A stretch of 64,000 bases of DNA from Selaginella moellendorffii. Taxonomy: Eukaryota; Plantae; Lycopodiophyta. The stretch covers positions 4,022,880 to 4,086,879 of the forward strand of contig NW_003314261.1 of assembly GCF_000143415.4 (NCBI RefSeq). The letters are read 5' to 3'. Every line of letters begins with the position of its first letter. The stretch's first letter is position 1. Below the pieces are notes generated by a model. That model did no database searches, had not been told where the DNA came from, and saw only the letters and a program-made list of their open reading frames with translations. A program made the translations under genes and the position numbers. Positions 1-13,700 of this stretch are shown here, one piece after another.

Positions 1-3000
1 GATTACGTACTCTTCGAAGGCCATCCCTTGGCTGCTGGTCGGGCTCCTTCTTCTAGTGACAACTTCAGTAGGCGGTCACAGACTGCATGAAATGAAGCAA
101 TATTCGCATCGATATACTCTTGGGTAGCTGCCTCAAGTTTCAGCCAAACAGCCGGATCAGTTTCGTCCAGTTCCATAATGCATCGCTCGTCAACTGGAAA
201 AGCAAGCATGAGTACGAGAAGAGCCTTTTCATAAATACTAACTAGGATTAAAACGATAATACTGAAGATCGGGAAGCAAAGGCAGAAGCGTGTCCAAGGC
301 TTCTTCTACCCGCTCGACAGAGCAGGCACTCTCGATCAAAACCTGGCCGGTATCTAGATATCGCCAGCCTCCTTTTCCACGAGCCTGAAATCCTAGCAGT
401 TCAGTGCATTGAAACGAAAAGGAAAAAGACCACAGAACCTTTGTTGGAACGTTTCCGCATCCAACGGACACTAAACATGCAATAGAAGTGTCTGGCCAAA
501 GAAGCTGTGCCTCTCGAATTGCAATCAAAGCTGGGTTATTTGCAACGATAGCTCCGTCCTGCCATCGATTTGTATCTGCCCAAAAAAAGAAAGAAAGAAA
601 GAAAGAAAAACATATGGCTACTGCTGCATTTTTTATATGTACCTATAGAGAAATCATCCAGGTAGTAAGGAGCAGCAGATGATGCCCTTATAGCCTCCCA
701 TATACGGTGCTTAGACGATCCCAAAAATGCACATCTTTTCGGACCTACTTGAGTTGTTAAAGGAGCGGCTGTTGCAGGTGTTCCTGAAACTGATACAGCT
801 GGTCCTTCCTTAGTCCATGGAGCTGTCTCGATAGTTCCCGCTGGGTACTATTCTAAAAGTTCAGCGAACCGTGTTAAACTCACACAAAGTGTTGCGTACC
901 TGGTAATTTCTGAACACGAATGGTTGGGCTGGTATGACGCTGACTAGCGACGATACCACAAATACCTTTGGAACCCCTTTAACTGCAGATTCTATCAAAA
1001 GGTCGCCCTCTTCATCCGCGCAAAGCTCCCTTAGGAGGCGTTCAAACTGGTCTGCATGATGCTGCAGAGAAAAAGACTGCCATCAATAAAAGAAAAGTAA
1101 AAGAGATTAAGCGCCTCACCTTAGAGCCATGCACCACAACACGAAAATTCTGTGAAGAGCTTTTATAGAGTTGATCTAGTTTTTCTCTCCAAGTGGCTGC
1201 TTCATTGTCCTTTGGAATCGGCTCGGCAAACACTACTTTTCCTGAAATGTACGAGGATCAGAAAAGCAGCTTACAAAGAATTTGAAGTACACACCCAGCG
1301 TCTTGTATATCTCTTCGCATTTGTCAAGGCTAAACTGTTTGATTGCAAGAGCGATGGCAAGCATTCCACCCGTCGATGTGCCACATATAAGATCAAACAT
1401 CTCATGGATCCGTTTTCCACTTCCTTGCTCAATTTTCCTAAGCATCTGCACGGTTGCAAGACCCCTCATTCCACCCCCGTCCATGGCCAATATTCTCAAG
1501 CCTTGCTTCGAAACAGGACGGGCTTTTGTTGCTCGTCTGAGATACTCATTCTCACCTGAAATAGAAATATACAACTTGAAAAGGCGGCTTGAGAGAGCAC
1601 TCGTTACCTAGTATAGCTAAGGCCCGTGCAGCGGACTTGGATATACGTGAATCTGTGGCACCAGATAGACGGAAAAGCAAATCTCGTAAGCTTTCTGAAG
1701 TTACCAGTAACTGTCTGTTCTCTCGACAGAATGCAAGATTTCCTACAGCTAACAATGCTTGACGTTGTACCTGTACACCGAGCTTAGTTGTAATCTCAAA
1801 ACGGAAAGACCAACCTCTATGTTCTCATGAGCACATAGCTGTTTTAGACGCCTCAAAATGTCCTTAGTAAGCATCTTTGACGCAATGACATCGGACGAGA
1901 AAGCAAGGTTGACAATAACTTTCAGAACCGAAGTAAGAAGCTCGGGAGCCGTGAACTTCAAAACAGTTTCAATGGACTCGACAGTATCGGCCTTTATTAG
2001 TCGTAGTGCTATGGGGTTTTCTGTTGCCAAAGACGAGAGTGCCACGCACGCTTGCTCAACCTGAGAATTTCAAGGCTAGTGGAAACAGAAGCAAAAGTTG
2101 AGCTCGTACGTACCACGTGGCGATTGTCACTTAGTATCATGCTTAAGAGTTGGCGAACAGCACTTTCGTCCTTTCCCATTTCTGCACGGTTGCCAGGGTC
2201 TTGAGCAATCTTCGCAAGCGCTGATGCCAAAACAGGATGTTGACAGGACGAGAACCGAAATACTAGAGCAAAAAAGGCGCTGAGTTTGTGCTTTGATTGA
2301 ACAAAATACGACGCATTCTCGGTCTGCAAGAAGAAGGTAAACAAAACAATACACACGAACAGAAGCATACCTCAATGTCTATGGCTATGTTGGATAGATC
2401 TTCGTCTGCTTTTATGTGAACATTTGCAAGCGAAAGAATGCGCAAGGCTTCGCACGGTAGGATCTCAGGCAAGAATTCCAAGGGATTGCCAAAAAGTTGT
2501 AGCAGCCTCAACTTGGTCATTGCTCTGATAATCAAAAAGCGACCAGTTCAGCCTCCTTGCAAGACGAGATGCATCTACCAAGACCTGAAGTCAAGAAGAA
2601 GGCGCAGCAACTTGTTATGCTCCAGAGACAATTCTTCTAATGCCGCGCATTGCTTGAGCTCAGCTGTGAAAGGACAATGATATGATATATAGTACCTTCA
2701 AAAGAAAAGAAAAGAAGAAACTACTCACCAGGCAACGAAACAAGCATGTTATGATCCACACGTAGAACTTGCAAATGCGAGAGCTGCCCGATTGCCGCTG
2801 GAAGACCGCTGATTTTGTTATTGTCAAGCAGGAGCTTTCGTAGCATCGGCAGCTTGGTCAATTCCAAAGGAAGCACCTGCATTGTCGTTTGTATGAATAG
2901 AGACTTCAAAGATAAAGACCATACCGTGAGCGAGCAATTGGCAAGATTCAAAGTCTGGAGCGCGTGCCACTGCTGCGAATTCGCAAGTGCGCTATCGGCG

Positions 3001-3506
3001 AAATTGGCTGGCCCCAAAAGCTTGGATAGAACTCCAAGATTTTCCACCGGAGGGCCTCCCGACCCGATGCTTCGCGACAGCGATAAGACCTTGAGATGCT
3101 CACGCTTCTCCCTCACTCCCATGCTCACTCTCACCCTCACGGCGTCCGGATCCTCCGAATCCAAGAAAAGCCTTACGCATACCTCGTCCCGGGGCGTCGG
3201 TAACGCCACCATGAGCTGGGATTGGAGCTTGAGAGCGGTCTGATCGTCGTCGTCGGCGGCCGACCAGTCGAATTGGAAGCGAAATCTACATTCCGATGCT
3301 AGATCTGCCGCATCGGGAAGAACAAGATGCGCGAGCTGCTTGCGCTTCTTCCCTTCCTCCTCCTGATCCTCCTGCGCCTTCTGGCTCTCCCTCTCAGATT
3401 CCTCAGCCTTGTCCTGCCTGCTGCGGAGATTAGTGGATTGCTCGCCATAGCCAAGCGTGAGGTGGAATGAATCGACCGGGCGCTTCCAGGCCAGCCCCCA
3501 AGACAT
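1..3506 (-). CDS. PLA-I: Patatin-like phospholipase A-I type (LRR + ARM repeats + patatin domain); multi-exon, runs off the left edge
   Basis: N-terminus MSWGLAWKRPVDSFHLTL; LRR exons (LRKLLLDNNKISGLP, LFGNPLEFLPEI); ARM-like exons; patatin motifs DGGGMRG, GTSTG and DGAIVANNP; short GT-AG introns. Confidence 0.93.
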
Positions 3507-3717
3507 TCGCTAGCTGAGAAAATGGGGACTATAAACCCTAAAGCTCACGCTGACGTGGACTATCAAATGTAGATGTGGCATTTCTTACGTGGCAGCGCCT
3601 GACGATAATTTCAAAGGTAGAATATTTGAGAATCACTTTCCCGCCCTTTTGAAACCCTAGTGGATTTAGGGCTCTTGGGCTGGTGGGCACGATCTGCTTA
3701 ATCGCGCGGAGGGCGAT

Positions 3718-4967
3718 GGTACATTTGCGCGCGTGGAGACGATGTTCCAGTCCAGCGGGTGGGGCAAGTCAAGGAGGGATGTGTGAGTGATCTATTGCCT
3801 GGCAGAGCTTCTCAGCGTCGTGGGGGCCGACTCGAGCATCACACCGCGGAGCTTTGTGAGGATGCTATGATCAGGACACTGACATAGGGGACGATCCCGG
3901 TCAGGCAGGCAAGCATTCTGGGAATCCGTGAAAGGATTGAGCTGTTGCGGCGGACGTGAAGGCTTGCTCGATGCCAAGGGCCGGACGAGAGGCGAGTGCT
4001 GGAAAGACTGGGAGAGCCGTGCTGTTGAGAGAGTGGCTCCGCTGGACGAGCTGGTGAGCTTTAGGCTGATGCAATCCGGAAGCATAAGCGTCCGGGTGCT
4101 CTTTGCGTTTGACGAGGCCAGGATACTGGTGCCGGAGTTGCTCAACCACAACCTGTATTTGCCGTGACAAGCTGCTTGGAGGAGCCGGTGCTTATGGCAA
4201 GCACGTAAGTGGTCAGGCTGAGCTGTCGGAGACGATGGCACTTGCAGTGCTGGGATCCCGGTGTGCTCTCAGCTTTGGTCCACGTTGTTCCGTGGTTTCT
4301 ACGCTTGCCTTATGACGCTTTTCAAGGTGGATCAGAGCGGGGGATGCCTGTATGCAGATTGGCCTATGAAGCCAATAGTTTCACTGGCGACGGCACGTAT
4401 CATGCGCAAGTGGGATGATGAAGGACGCAGCAGGGAGCTGTATATCCTACATGAAGAACGGATGGATGTCCAAAGGCTGCAACGGTGAGCTTATAGCGCG
4501 GATCATCATACTCCGAGCTTCTGGGGACGTCGTTGCTGAAGCTCGTCGGCCTGGAGAAGGTGATTGACGGGGTCAGGCAGCTCGCAAACTCCAAGGTCTG
4601 CTTCAATGCATTCCACAGGATCCACAAGAAGAGCTAAGGAGCTCCTGACGCAGCAGGACTTTGAGGGGCTGCTTAAAGACACAGTGAGGTTGTGGCCGAG
4701 GCTTGCAGCTGGGGAGACGAGCATTTCATCACGGATGACAAGGGAGTCGTGAGGGTGCACAACCGGGTCAAGTGCAGGCAGTCCGATTCTGCGATTGCTG
4801 ATCTTGCAAGGGAATCTCCGCCTTTCAGCGGGGTGGCTACCACGCAGTGTTTCTTGAGCCTTGACATCAAGGTAAGCTTTATGGCTGATGGTAAGGTGAC
4901 GGTGGTGGATCCTTTGCGCGTGCAGCAGGCAATGCAATCCAACATGGGAGGCAGAGGCAGGCCGTGA
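3718..4967 (+). pseudogene. Decayed Crinkler (CR)-type P-loop ATPase gene, with frameshifts and stops
   Basis: Motifs in collinear order across frames: FARVETMFQSSGWGKSR (Walker A, 3724-3774), VLFAFDEARIL (Walker B), KLLGG...ALAVLGSRCALSFGP, WPMKPIVSLATARIM, KGCNGELIARIIILRA; no introns. Confidence 0.65.
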
Positions 4968-6169
4968 GGCGGAAGCGAGGACCGAGATGGGCACCCGTGC
5001 CTGTTTGGGGCCTGGAAGTCGTGGCTTGATCTTGTGGAATGTGCTCCGGTGGACACTTCAGCGTTGGATCCACGCAAACCGTTTGAAAGGTTGAGTGTCC
5101 GTTCCCTTTCAAAAATCAGGGTAGACGTTCAATGATAGAATAGAAGAAATTTCCACCTTGGAACACACCTTAGAAAGTGTTTTTGTTGATATGATTTTTC
5201 TAAATAAATTTCTCTTGCCTTTGTATTATCATCCTTGTTCATTGGTCACTCTGGACCCCTTGCAAAGTTTCGCTATTGCGTGCCAAAAGGACAAAAATAG
5301 AACCTTGGAATAGTGTCGTCAACAGAATGTATTTCGTTTTATTCTAATAATTCAATCCTGGATCATGTAGAAATGCCACCAAGAACCATAAACATTAAAC
5401 TAACCATTTCTTGTTGAGAGAGCTAGCTTTGTTGATATTTGTGACTTTGGTACTTCATTAAATACTTCAGCTGGCAATGCATGCTTCTTTCTGTGGAATG
5501 GTGCACTTGGTGCAGCTCATCCCAAAGAACACCACCTTGATACAGGTTGATCATCTGTTAGCTGTAGTAGCTCCCTTTCCTGATATAAAATATTCTGGCT
5601 GCTTGTGAGTTTCGAAATGCCCTCAGGGAGACGCTTGATGCCGCAAGTCTTCTGGGCTGGCTGGCTCCACTTTTATCGTATGGACATGGACGAAGGTGGC
5701 ATCAGTATGACGTTCACAGAAGAGATTTCCAAAGGCAGCTACATCACCATTTCGCTTTTAGAGACACATAGCCAATGCTTAGTGGTCAAAATAAGTGACT
5801 AACCTTGAAACTATATCCCTTGGTTTTCCCTGACCCGAGCCCGGAGAAAGGATGAAAGGATCAGGCTACGCAACCGCAATTAGAAAATCGTAGCCCCGAG
5901 ATTGTTTTGTTTCGTGTTTCCTTCTGCACATTCTGCGCCGCCTAATTTCTATGTGATTTTCCAAAAAAAATTATTATCTTTCTGGCCCTAGGAATTCCAT
6001 TTTGATATCACTTCTGGTTTCGCCAAGATTCGAACAGGAAATGAAAGGAACTTTATGCAATAACCAGCAAAACCATTGCCCCGTTTGGCAAAGTCAAGCA
6101 TATGATAATAACAGTTATTTCAAGTCATGAGGACCCACGAAGGGCATCAGACCATCCTATCTACTGTTT

Positions 6170-7112
6170 GGTGGGACGTGTATCAAGGATGGCAAATAGC
6201 TCATCGCAAAGGTTTATGGTGGCAGTGAGGTACTCACAAAGTCGCTGGCGTTGCCGTTGCTAGCGATATGTATAACGTCTCGCTGTATTGGCTAGGGTTG
6301 GGAATTCTCTCGGCCGCTTTAGCCGATGCTAAGTAAAAGCTTGAAAAAAAAGAGCGAGCTCCAACATTGGTGTTAACAGAATTGGAGGTGCTGCTGCTCA
6401 ACGCGCTGGGGGCGGACCTCTGTTTCTTCTTACTTGGTATCTTCTTTTGAACAAGGGATCTTGAGTTGTCTGGTTTTTTGGATTTTGTGGAGTGGCTTCT
6501 TTTTCTGTATAGGACCTCGTGAACTTGCACAAACGTGCGAAAGATCAAGGATCCTTGCTGCTGGTCTGGATCGGTAGCTCGAAAGAGTGGATCCACCGCG
6601 ACCTTGTTTCCCCATATGGTGAGCACTAGCGAGAAGAGCTGAAGGTGGCAGAACCTTCTTTCTGCTGGCATTCAGCTGCGATTCAAGGAATTCTCCAACT
6701 CCCACTGTATCCAGATGGCCAGGATTAGCCGCGAGCAAACCCGAAGTTGGAAGAATTATGAAATATATTGTAAGAATGCTGCGCTTGTTCCAGAGCTTGA
6801 AGAGCTAATCTCCCTCGCTAGAATCTCTTGCATGATGCTCGAGACGTTGCTGCCACTCTCGCCATTGCCGCCGCCCACACCGCTCCTCTGCTTGAGCTTC
6901 GCAGCCAGCAGACTCGCACTCACCACCTCCCTCGAGCCTGCTGCGCTGCTGCTGCCCTGACAGCAGCCCCGGCCGCAGTGGCTCAAATCCCCTCGGAACT
7001 ATACTGGAGATGTAGCACTGGACAGCCGCTCTTCCTCAGCTTCTCCGCGTGAGTTCCATTGCTGGATGCCACGAAAAAGTGATCCCCTGAAGGAGATGAA
7101 GCCGTTGCCATC
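6170..7112 (-). pseudogene. Unidentified GC-rich coding-like fragment with stops and frameshifts
   Basis: Coding-like composition and partial ORFs (6234-6671, 6756-6986), but no recognised motif and no coherent frame. Confidence 0.25.
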
Positions 7113-7265
7113 TTGGCATTAAACATGGCCACCTCTTCCAGCCCTTCGGTGTCTCCAGTTAGCAAGGGTGCCGGTCGGAAATAAATTCTTCCGACAACAT
7201 GTTTGTGGTTGGCTGGATTGCGCGTTGCATATGGTGCCTTTCCATTGAATGCGGTGTGCCCAGTC

Positions 7266-8246
7266 AAAGTCCGAAGAATGATGAGGTTGTCGTAGTCCTG
7301 AACCTTTCATCCGGGAAGGTTGGTCTGCAAATTCAATATATGCTTCATCCAGAACGACGAGAAGTGGTAGAGCAAGAACGGCCATGAGATCCTCATCGGT
7401 TATTAAACTGAAAAAACAGGAGCAAAAACATATGCTTGACATACAAGATTTTCTTACTTACCTTGAAGTTACCTCCCATCTGGATTGTTTGGCGATGTCA
7501 AAAGATCATCTTTGGAGAGTGCTCCTTCAGCACGATACCAGGAATTAGTAAAGAACAGACCAAAGAAAATTGAATCACAAACAAGACCTTTGATGACGCT
7601 TACAGCGGCATCAAACGCATACATTGTCAAAGTGGGAGGACAATCCACAATCTTGTCACCACCTTCCAATGTACAACTAAAGAGATGAAGAACCATCTCG
7701 TGAAGAGCAAAAGAAGAAAAAAGAAAAAACACGCTAGGAGTTGGTCACTTACCACATGATCAAATCGATGAGCTCGTCGGCACCGCAGCCAGCAAGAATG
7801 TAATCCATAGACAGTCCCGAGTCTTCTGAAAGAGCTGCTCGAAGCCGCCTGCTCTCTGGATCTGGATAAATGTTTGGAAAGTCCATTCCTCCCAAGGATT
7901 CCATCACCTGTGTCAAACAAACAAGGACTAGAAAAAGAAGAAGAGGGAAAAAATTCCAAAGCTCTCAAACCTACATACTTCTGGTGGAGGCCCGTAGAGG
8001 TACTCGTTGGCATCCAGCTTCACGATCTCTTTTGGAGACCTTCCAAGCTTGGCAGACAGCACCTACATTCACAGGAGAGGAGAATTCGGGACACAAGAGG
8101 AAGAATCATACCTCGAACGGCTCGATCGGCTTGTAAGGCGCCAAATCCAGCAAGTGCTTCCGGATGAAACCGCATCCCGCCGCTGGTGTGGCCGGCGCCA
8201 TCGACAATGGGATGCTTGGCCCGCTGCAAGCGATTCTCGCCAGCAT
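7266..8246 (-). pseudogene. HISN6: Truncated histidinol-phosphate aminotransferase (5' portion only, introns retained)
   Basis: FIRKHLLDLAPYKPIEPFE, KLDANEYLYGPPPEV, IYPDPESRRLRAAL, GCGADELIDLIM, IVDCPPTLTMYAFDAAV, LTSPNNPDG, LVVLDEAYIEF; internal deletions; frameshift before VQDYDNLIILRT; homology stops just before the PLP-binding SK lysine. Confidence 0.88.
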
Positions 8247-9380
8247 TCTTCCTTAAACCCTAAATCACTCGCTTTCCATTTTATGTGGTCGTCCCAATAT
8301 AAACATGCTCATAATTTATAAATCTGAGCAGCCATGGATTGATTTGTGTTGCCATAGGTTTGGTGCGCTAGCCACAATCGCATATGTTTTCATGCTACTT
8401 TTTTCTTGTTATTTTTATTGCGCTAGTATTTCAGTATTGGTTCAGCCACAACAACAGCAATGGCATTTAACAAAACTCCAATTTTATGGAGGTGACAAGC
8501 TTAGCTCGGTAGCTTTTGATTGTTGTGAAGATAATTTTTAAGTGACTGAGGTTCACTCCACACTGTAAATCTAGTTTGTTTGTGGACAATGCCATTGTGA
8601 AGGTGTTGGAGTTCTTGGAATGTGGTTTTCCAGGAATAAAATATGTAATATAATTTAAGCTTAGAAAACTAAAGGATGATAAAAGCTAATATAAACCTAG
8701 CTAAAAGCCATTAACACTTATTCAGTCATTTTAGGCAAATGAAGATTGAGACAAGAATTTCTTTCGAGAATTTATTACTTTATTGACCTAAGAATGATGG
8801 AGAGATTCAATCCCAACTTTTGTTCTTCTCTTCATTCTACTTCTGCTTTGAATCTTCATGATCCATCCGCTTCCTGCAAATATTGATATTGATGTTTGTG
8901 TTGTTGTTGTTATTGTTGTTGCTCCTTCTGTGTGGACCAGAGGACCTCCACCTTCATACATCCTCATGATCATCCATCTCAGGAGGATGCATTAGAGAAT
9001 TGGACGCTAGCTCTACTGAAATACCATTATCCAAGACAAAAGCTCCCTTCCAACCAAAGATAGAGAGTGGCGAAGGCAAACACTACAAGCAACACCAAAA
9101 CAGCCTTCATTTGTTGTATAGAGCTTAACCGACTGTACTCTATATACTATAAGCTCCAGTAGTACAGCTATTAAGATTGAAAAAAAAATCATTGATTTTC
9201 TTTGATTGAATGAGGACAACGTGATTTAGCCCTCATACGTCCAGGAAATGTCCACAGCTACGCCTTTTGTCTTTGTAATTGGCGTGATCGCTTTGCAATC
9301 TGGCTATAAAAACAGCGCTCAACATATCTACCATAGTTTAACGTAGAAATCTTATATTTTCGTTTTTTTCTTTTCTTACA

Positions 9381-9819
9381 ATGGCAAGGCAATCAAAGGT
9401 ATGGATTCCCGTACTTCTGGCATTGCATCTCGCAGTTCCCAGCTTACAAATCCATAGCACGGCCACATTCTATCACGCCTATTATCGTGAGTTTTAGCCT
9501 TGATAGAGAACTCAACTCTAATCGCACAATATTTGATGTTTGTAATGTGAAAGCTTCTTCGTGCCGTGGATTTGCTCCTCTTCCCTCGGATTTCCTCTTC
9601 GTGGCGGCAGCTCCCAGCATCTTCCAGGCCAAAAGGGCGTGTGGGAAGCACTTCACTATACGTTGCGTAGGGAGCTCTTGCAAAGGCCACAAAAGCATCC
9701 GAGTGGTGGTGGTGGATTTGTGTCCCGGCTGCCCTGGAGCCTTTGATCTATCCAAGGAAGCATTTGAAAAGCTCGCAAATCCGGATGCTGGAGTGATCGA
9801 CATCGACTTCCATGCGTGA
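9381..9819 (+). CDS. EG45-like domain / plant natriuretic peptide-like secreted DPBB protein (2 exons; intron 9487-9553)
   Basis: Signal peptide MARQSKVWIPVLLALHLAV, then TATFYHAYY|PSSCRGF, ACGKHFTIRC, VVVVDLCPGC, FDLSKEAFEKLANPDAGVIDIDF; TATA at about 9305. Confidence 0.85.
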
Positions 9820-10726
9820 TATAGATTCTTTTACCGCTCAAGTTTTTTCGCGGGTCTTAAAAACCAACAATTGCATCACAAGAAGGTTAAAGCCGCTCGA
9901 TGAAGGAACGAATTTGAAGTTTTCCAGCGCAGTTTAGCGCGCTAAGAGAAGAACGTCTTCGTATCTTCTGTAAAAGCCAAGAGATCTATGCAAAGAAGTC
10001 CTTTGTGCTTTGCAATCCAGAATATTATGTCACAAAAAGAAAGGAACTATCTTCGAACTTCACAACATCGATCTCGTGAAATGTAAGTTCTTTCTCCCGA
10101 AAACGTTTTCTGTGTTTTTACTTCTTTACTCTTTCTTTCTCTCAATGTTACCTGTGTCTAGGCATATCATACATCGTCACGAGTTCCCTGAAAGCACGCT
10201 GGTAAAGAATAAACTACTTATAACCACAGGACAATACCTGACGAGTCCTCTCTCGCAAGAGTAAGTCACCAGGTTTGCGAAGAACTCATCAACACCCCAA
10301 GCCTTTGTCCATCGCATCCAAACCAAATGATGGCTGCCTTGAGCGGCTTTCGGCACTGGCTCGAGACACGGCTATGGCAGTCCATGAGATGATTTGCAAA
10401 CCATGTGAAAAAAGAAAACTCCCATCGAAGCTCAGCCTACTTACGCGTTATGTAGATCTCTCGCAGTACTGCACGGCAGGGAAAAAGTCTCATAACAAAG
10501 TTACAATAGTTCTTGTGGTCAGCAACTTACACTGAGCTTCTTGATGTTCTTGCGTCTTGCAAAGAATCCTGACGTTCCAAAAGTACTCACAAATACATAA
10601 GCCTGGTTGGAATTCTAGTCCATACACAGTCAGAAAGAAAACCACGTAAAAGATTGAATTACCTTTCGAGAAAACATGTACCGTGTAGTTCACAAGCGCC
10701 AGTGACTAATGTACACGACGTATGGT

Positions 10727-13700
10727 TCACACGATGCTCAGCAAAATCCTCGACAGCAGCGATGAATTGCTTGTGCTAGAGACGAGCTCCTTCTCCATTG
10801 TTACATAAGCATCTGCAAACGCCTGTGGGACCCAAAACACTCAAAAGATCGGATAGATTTTACAAAGGGAAATACCGGACCTTCGTGCACTGCAAAATGC
10901 GGAAACAATTCCGACCGACGTTATTCATAGAATGCAGCGGATCTTCGATGTGAAGTGGATCAATTCTGTCATTGAAACACAACTTGCCAATCGAAAAACA
11001 CATAAAGAAAACATTTCATACCCATGAAGTCGGTCCCTATTCACGTACATGCCACCCCCTCGAATGGAGATGCACATTCTTCGCGGATCAAAAACACACC
11101 TGTCAATCTACGGTCACTACTTGCAAGGACGCCTTGCAAAAAAACACTTACCCATAGAAATGCAGAAAATCCATAAGCAAGCTTCCTAAGCTCTGCCAAA
11201 GAAAAAGAGACAAGAAAGATTTCAGATGTTTCAGTCGTGCATGATTGTGAAAACCTGAGTTTGTGAAGGTCGTCCGAGATGGTTTTGGTGTTGAAGAAAT
11301 CTTGTGATGAGTAACACCTGCATATAAGATATTAGAGACCAGCCCACTCACTAGCTTGATTATACCAGACAATACGAACTCAAGCCGCCTGTATACGGGT
11401 GGTCTAAGCCTCGGTCCATCAAGAACTGCTTCAATACCAATGCCAGCGGACTGATTGCAGGAAACTGGCTGACAAGCTCTTTAACCTGGAACTCCCAAGA
11501 TTTAGAATAAATTGCAAATGCAAAAGAAAAAACTTACAAGCTCAGCCGTAAGCAGCCCAGAGTGCGACGCTGACTCAAAACTGATGTCAAGACGAACAAG
11601 ATGACGGTCTTCCTTTGTTCCCCAATGTTGTCCAGTGGCCTCCCCGTCACTTGCATATTGAATAGGAAGAACACTATCGGGAAAGCACTTTGCCACCAGC
11701 ATGATTATCGGTATCTGAAAGAGAAAAACAATCACGTTGGATAGTCCTAGATAAAGCTTACTGTTGTGTTCTCGATCGTCTTGAGGGAATCACTCTTCAC
11801 CCAATCCTGGTCAGCAAGATATCGAGCTGCATGCTGTGAAGTCGTGTCAGTTTGGAGTTCACATCTAGCAAAATACACAGACACTCACTTGCAAGCATGT
11901 CTCTTTTATTCCGTTACGTCCTTCTAGTATCCCGGCTTCCTTGATGGGTTCCTGAAGTCCATAACAACGAGTTAGCAGTATATAAAAACTTTAGGTGGTG
12001 CTACTCACGAGATTTCTCACGGGAGGCAGGCACACAACTAGATCAACATCGCTGTTGGGAAGAGCGAGGCCAGTGGCATTTGAACCAAAAACCTTGGTCC
12101 GTGACCGGGGCCAGAGAACCTGTAGCGCATGCGTGACTTTCTTCACCGCAATAGTAATGAAGGGCTTCCGCTTGGCATTCTCAGCCGCAACCTGTTGGAT
12201 AGCACTCCATAAATATAACTATCGGCATTTGCATAGATAACGCTACCTGTAAGGAAAAAGCCTCGATCTCTTTGTGAAGCCTGGCCAAGACAGTGGGCAT
12301 TGCTGGATATTGCTTGTGCAGCAAAGTCGTTTGCATGGGAAACGCGACGTCTGGCTGCAAGACAAATATAGTCAGATAGTAAATGGAAATTGTTGCCGAC
12401 TTACATGTTCTTGCTCCAAGGCCCGAGGGGGAATCGCAACAAGTCTCTCCCGGAGTAACGGATGCATTGCTGCCGTAGGAAAGCACCTCCTCCATCCGTT
12501 CGCTGGCAGAATTCCCTCGGGAGTTAAGGACTTGAGCTGGTTGTCAGGCCAGTTGAAAACTCCCCAATGCCGTGGACTAGAGCTTCCCGAGCGAACAGTA
12601 GGAAATCCTCGCCGTTTTCTCACACCAGCAATAGGAGACGGCGGAGGTGGCGGTGGAGCCGGCGGAACACAGCGAAGAACCGGCGACGGAGAACGCTTGC
12701 ACCGGACAAAATCCCTGCGCCCGCGAGGTTCGTGAGGACTTCTCGCCTCGTGACACTTCGAGCTGTCCAGCTTGGAATTCTTTGGCTCCCGCACAGCAAT
12801 AGGCGGAAGAGCTGGTGGCGGGATGTGCTCCGGAAACTCAGCACTACTCTGAGCTTCGGCAAAATGGTCCAGCGACCCGGAAGATGACGAGGTACATGCC
12901 ACGGTTGACGGACCGGAACTTAAACCCGAGTAAGAGGCAGCTATCGGCGGGAGTCCAACAATGTCGTCCACGACGATGGTTAAGTCAGCCTCACGGCGAG
13001 CCCAGCTACTGTCTTCGGAGCTGAGAGATCCAGGCCGAGAGTATCCCATGCCAGTATAATCTGCCGAAGTCCAATACATTACTCCTCCGCCGAAAAACTG
13101 GTTATAGTCCGTGTCGTAGAGTTGTCTAGGATCACCCTCGCTTTCGGACGTCCGGCACAGATAATCGTCGGAGTCTCCACCTCCATGTAAATCCTCGCGG
13201 TCAGTATCATCCGCAGCTGTTTGGTCACCGTCGCCACCATCTCCCGTCGTCACAATCGTAGCCAGTGGAACCGAAACAAAGCCCGGAGGCTCGTCTTTGA
13301 CCTGTGTTGTAAACCCGAACGGCGATGCGATCCCAAAGCCCGGTTGAACCATCGGTGGCCAGTCCCAGCTAACGTTTGCCGCTTTCGAGAGAAGGCTTCT
13401 TTGCACTCTGGAGTCCACTTGTCCGTTTTGCCGAGGAGTATAAGCAATCAAAGGTGGCTTGGAGCGGTGCCAGTCTCTGTTCACGTCCAAATGTAGCCAC
13501 TCAGTGGCTAGTGGTCGACCGCACGAATCTGAGAAGCGACTTTGTGGTGCTCCAGGCCACTCGTGCGAGGAAGACATGACGGGCGGTGGCGGATGATATG
13601 CCTGGTTGTTCTTCAGGTGGAAAGGCACACTCTGGTGTTGGCTTGAACGCTCCGTCGTCGGCTCAACCTCCTGTTTTGCCATGTCCACTGTCGTCACCCC

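Noticed and set aside
8760-9240. Short ORFs upstream of the EG45-like gene
   Set aside because: No motifs, multiple stops
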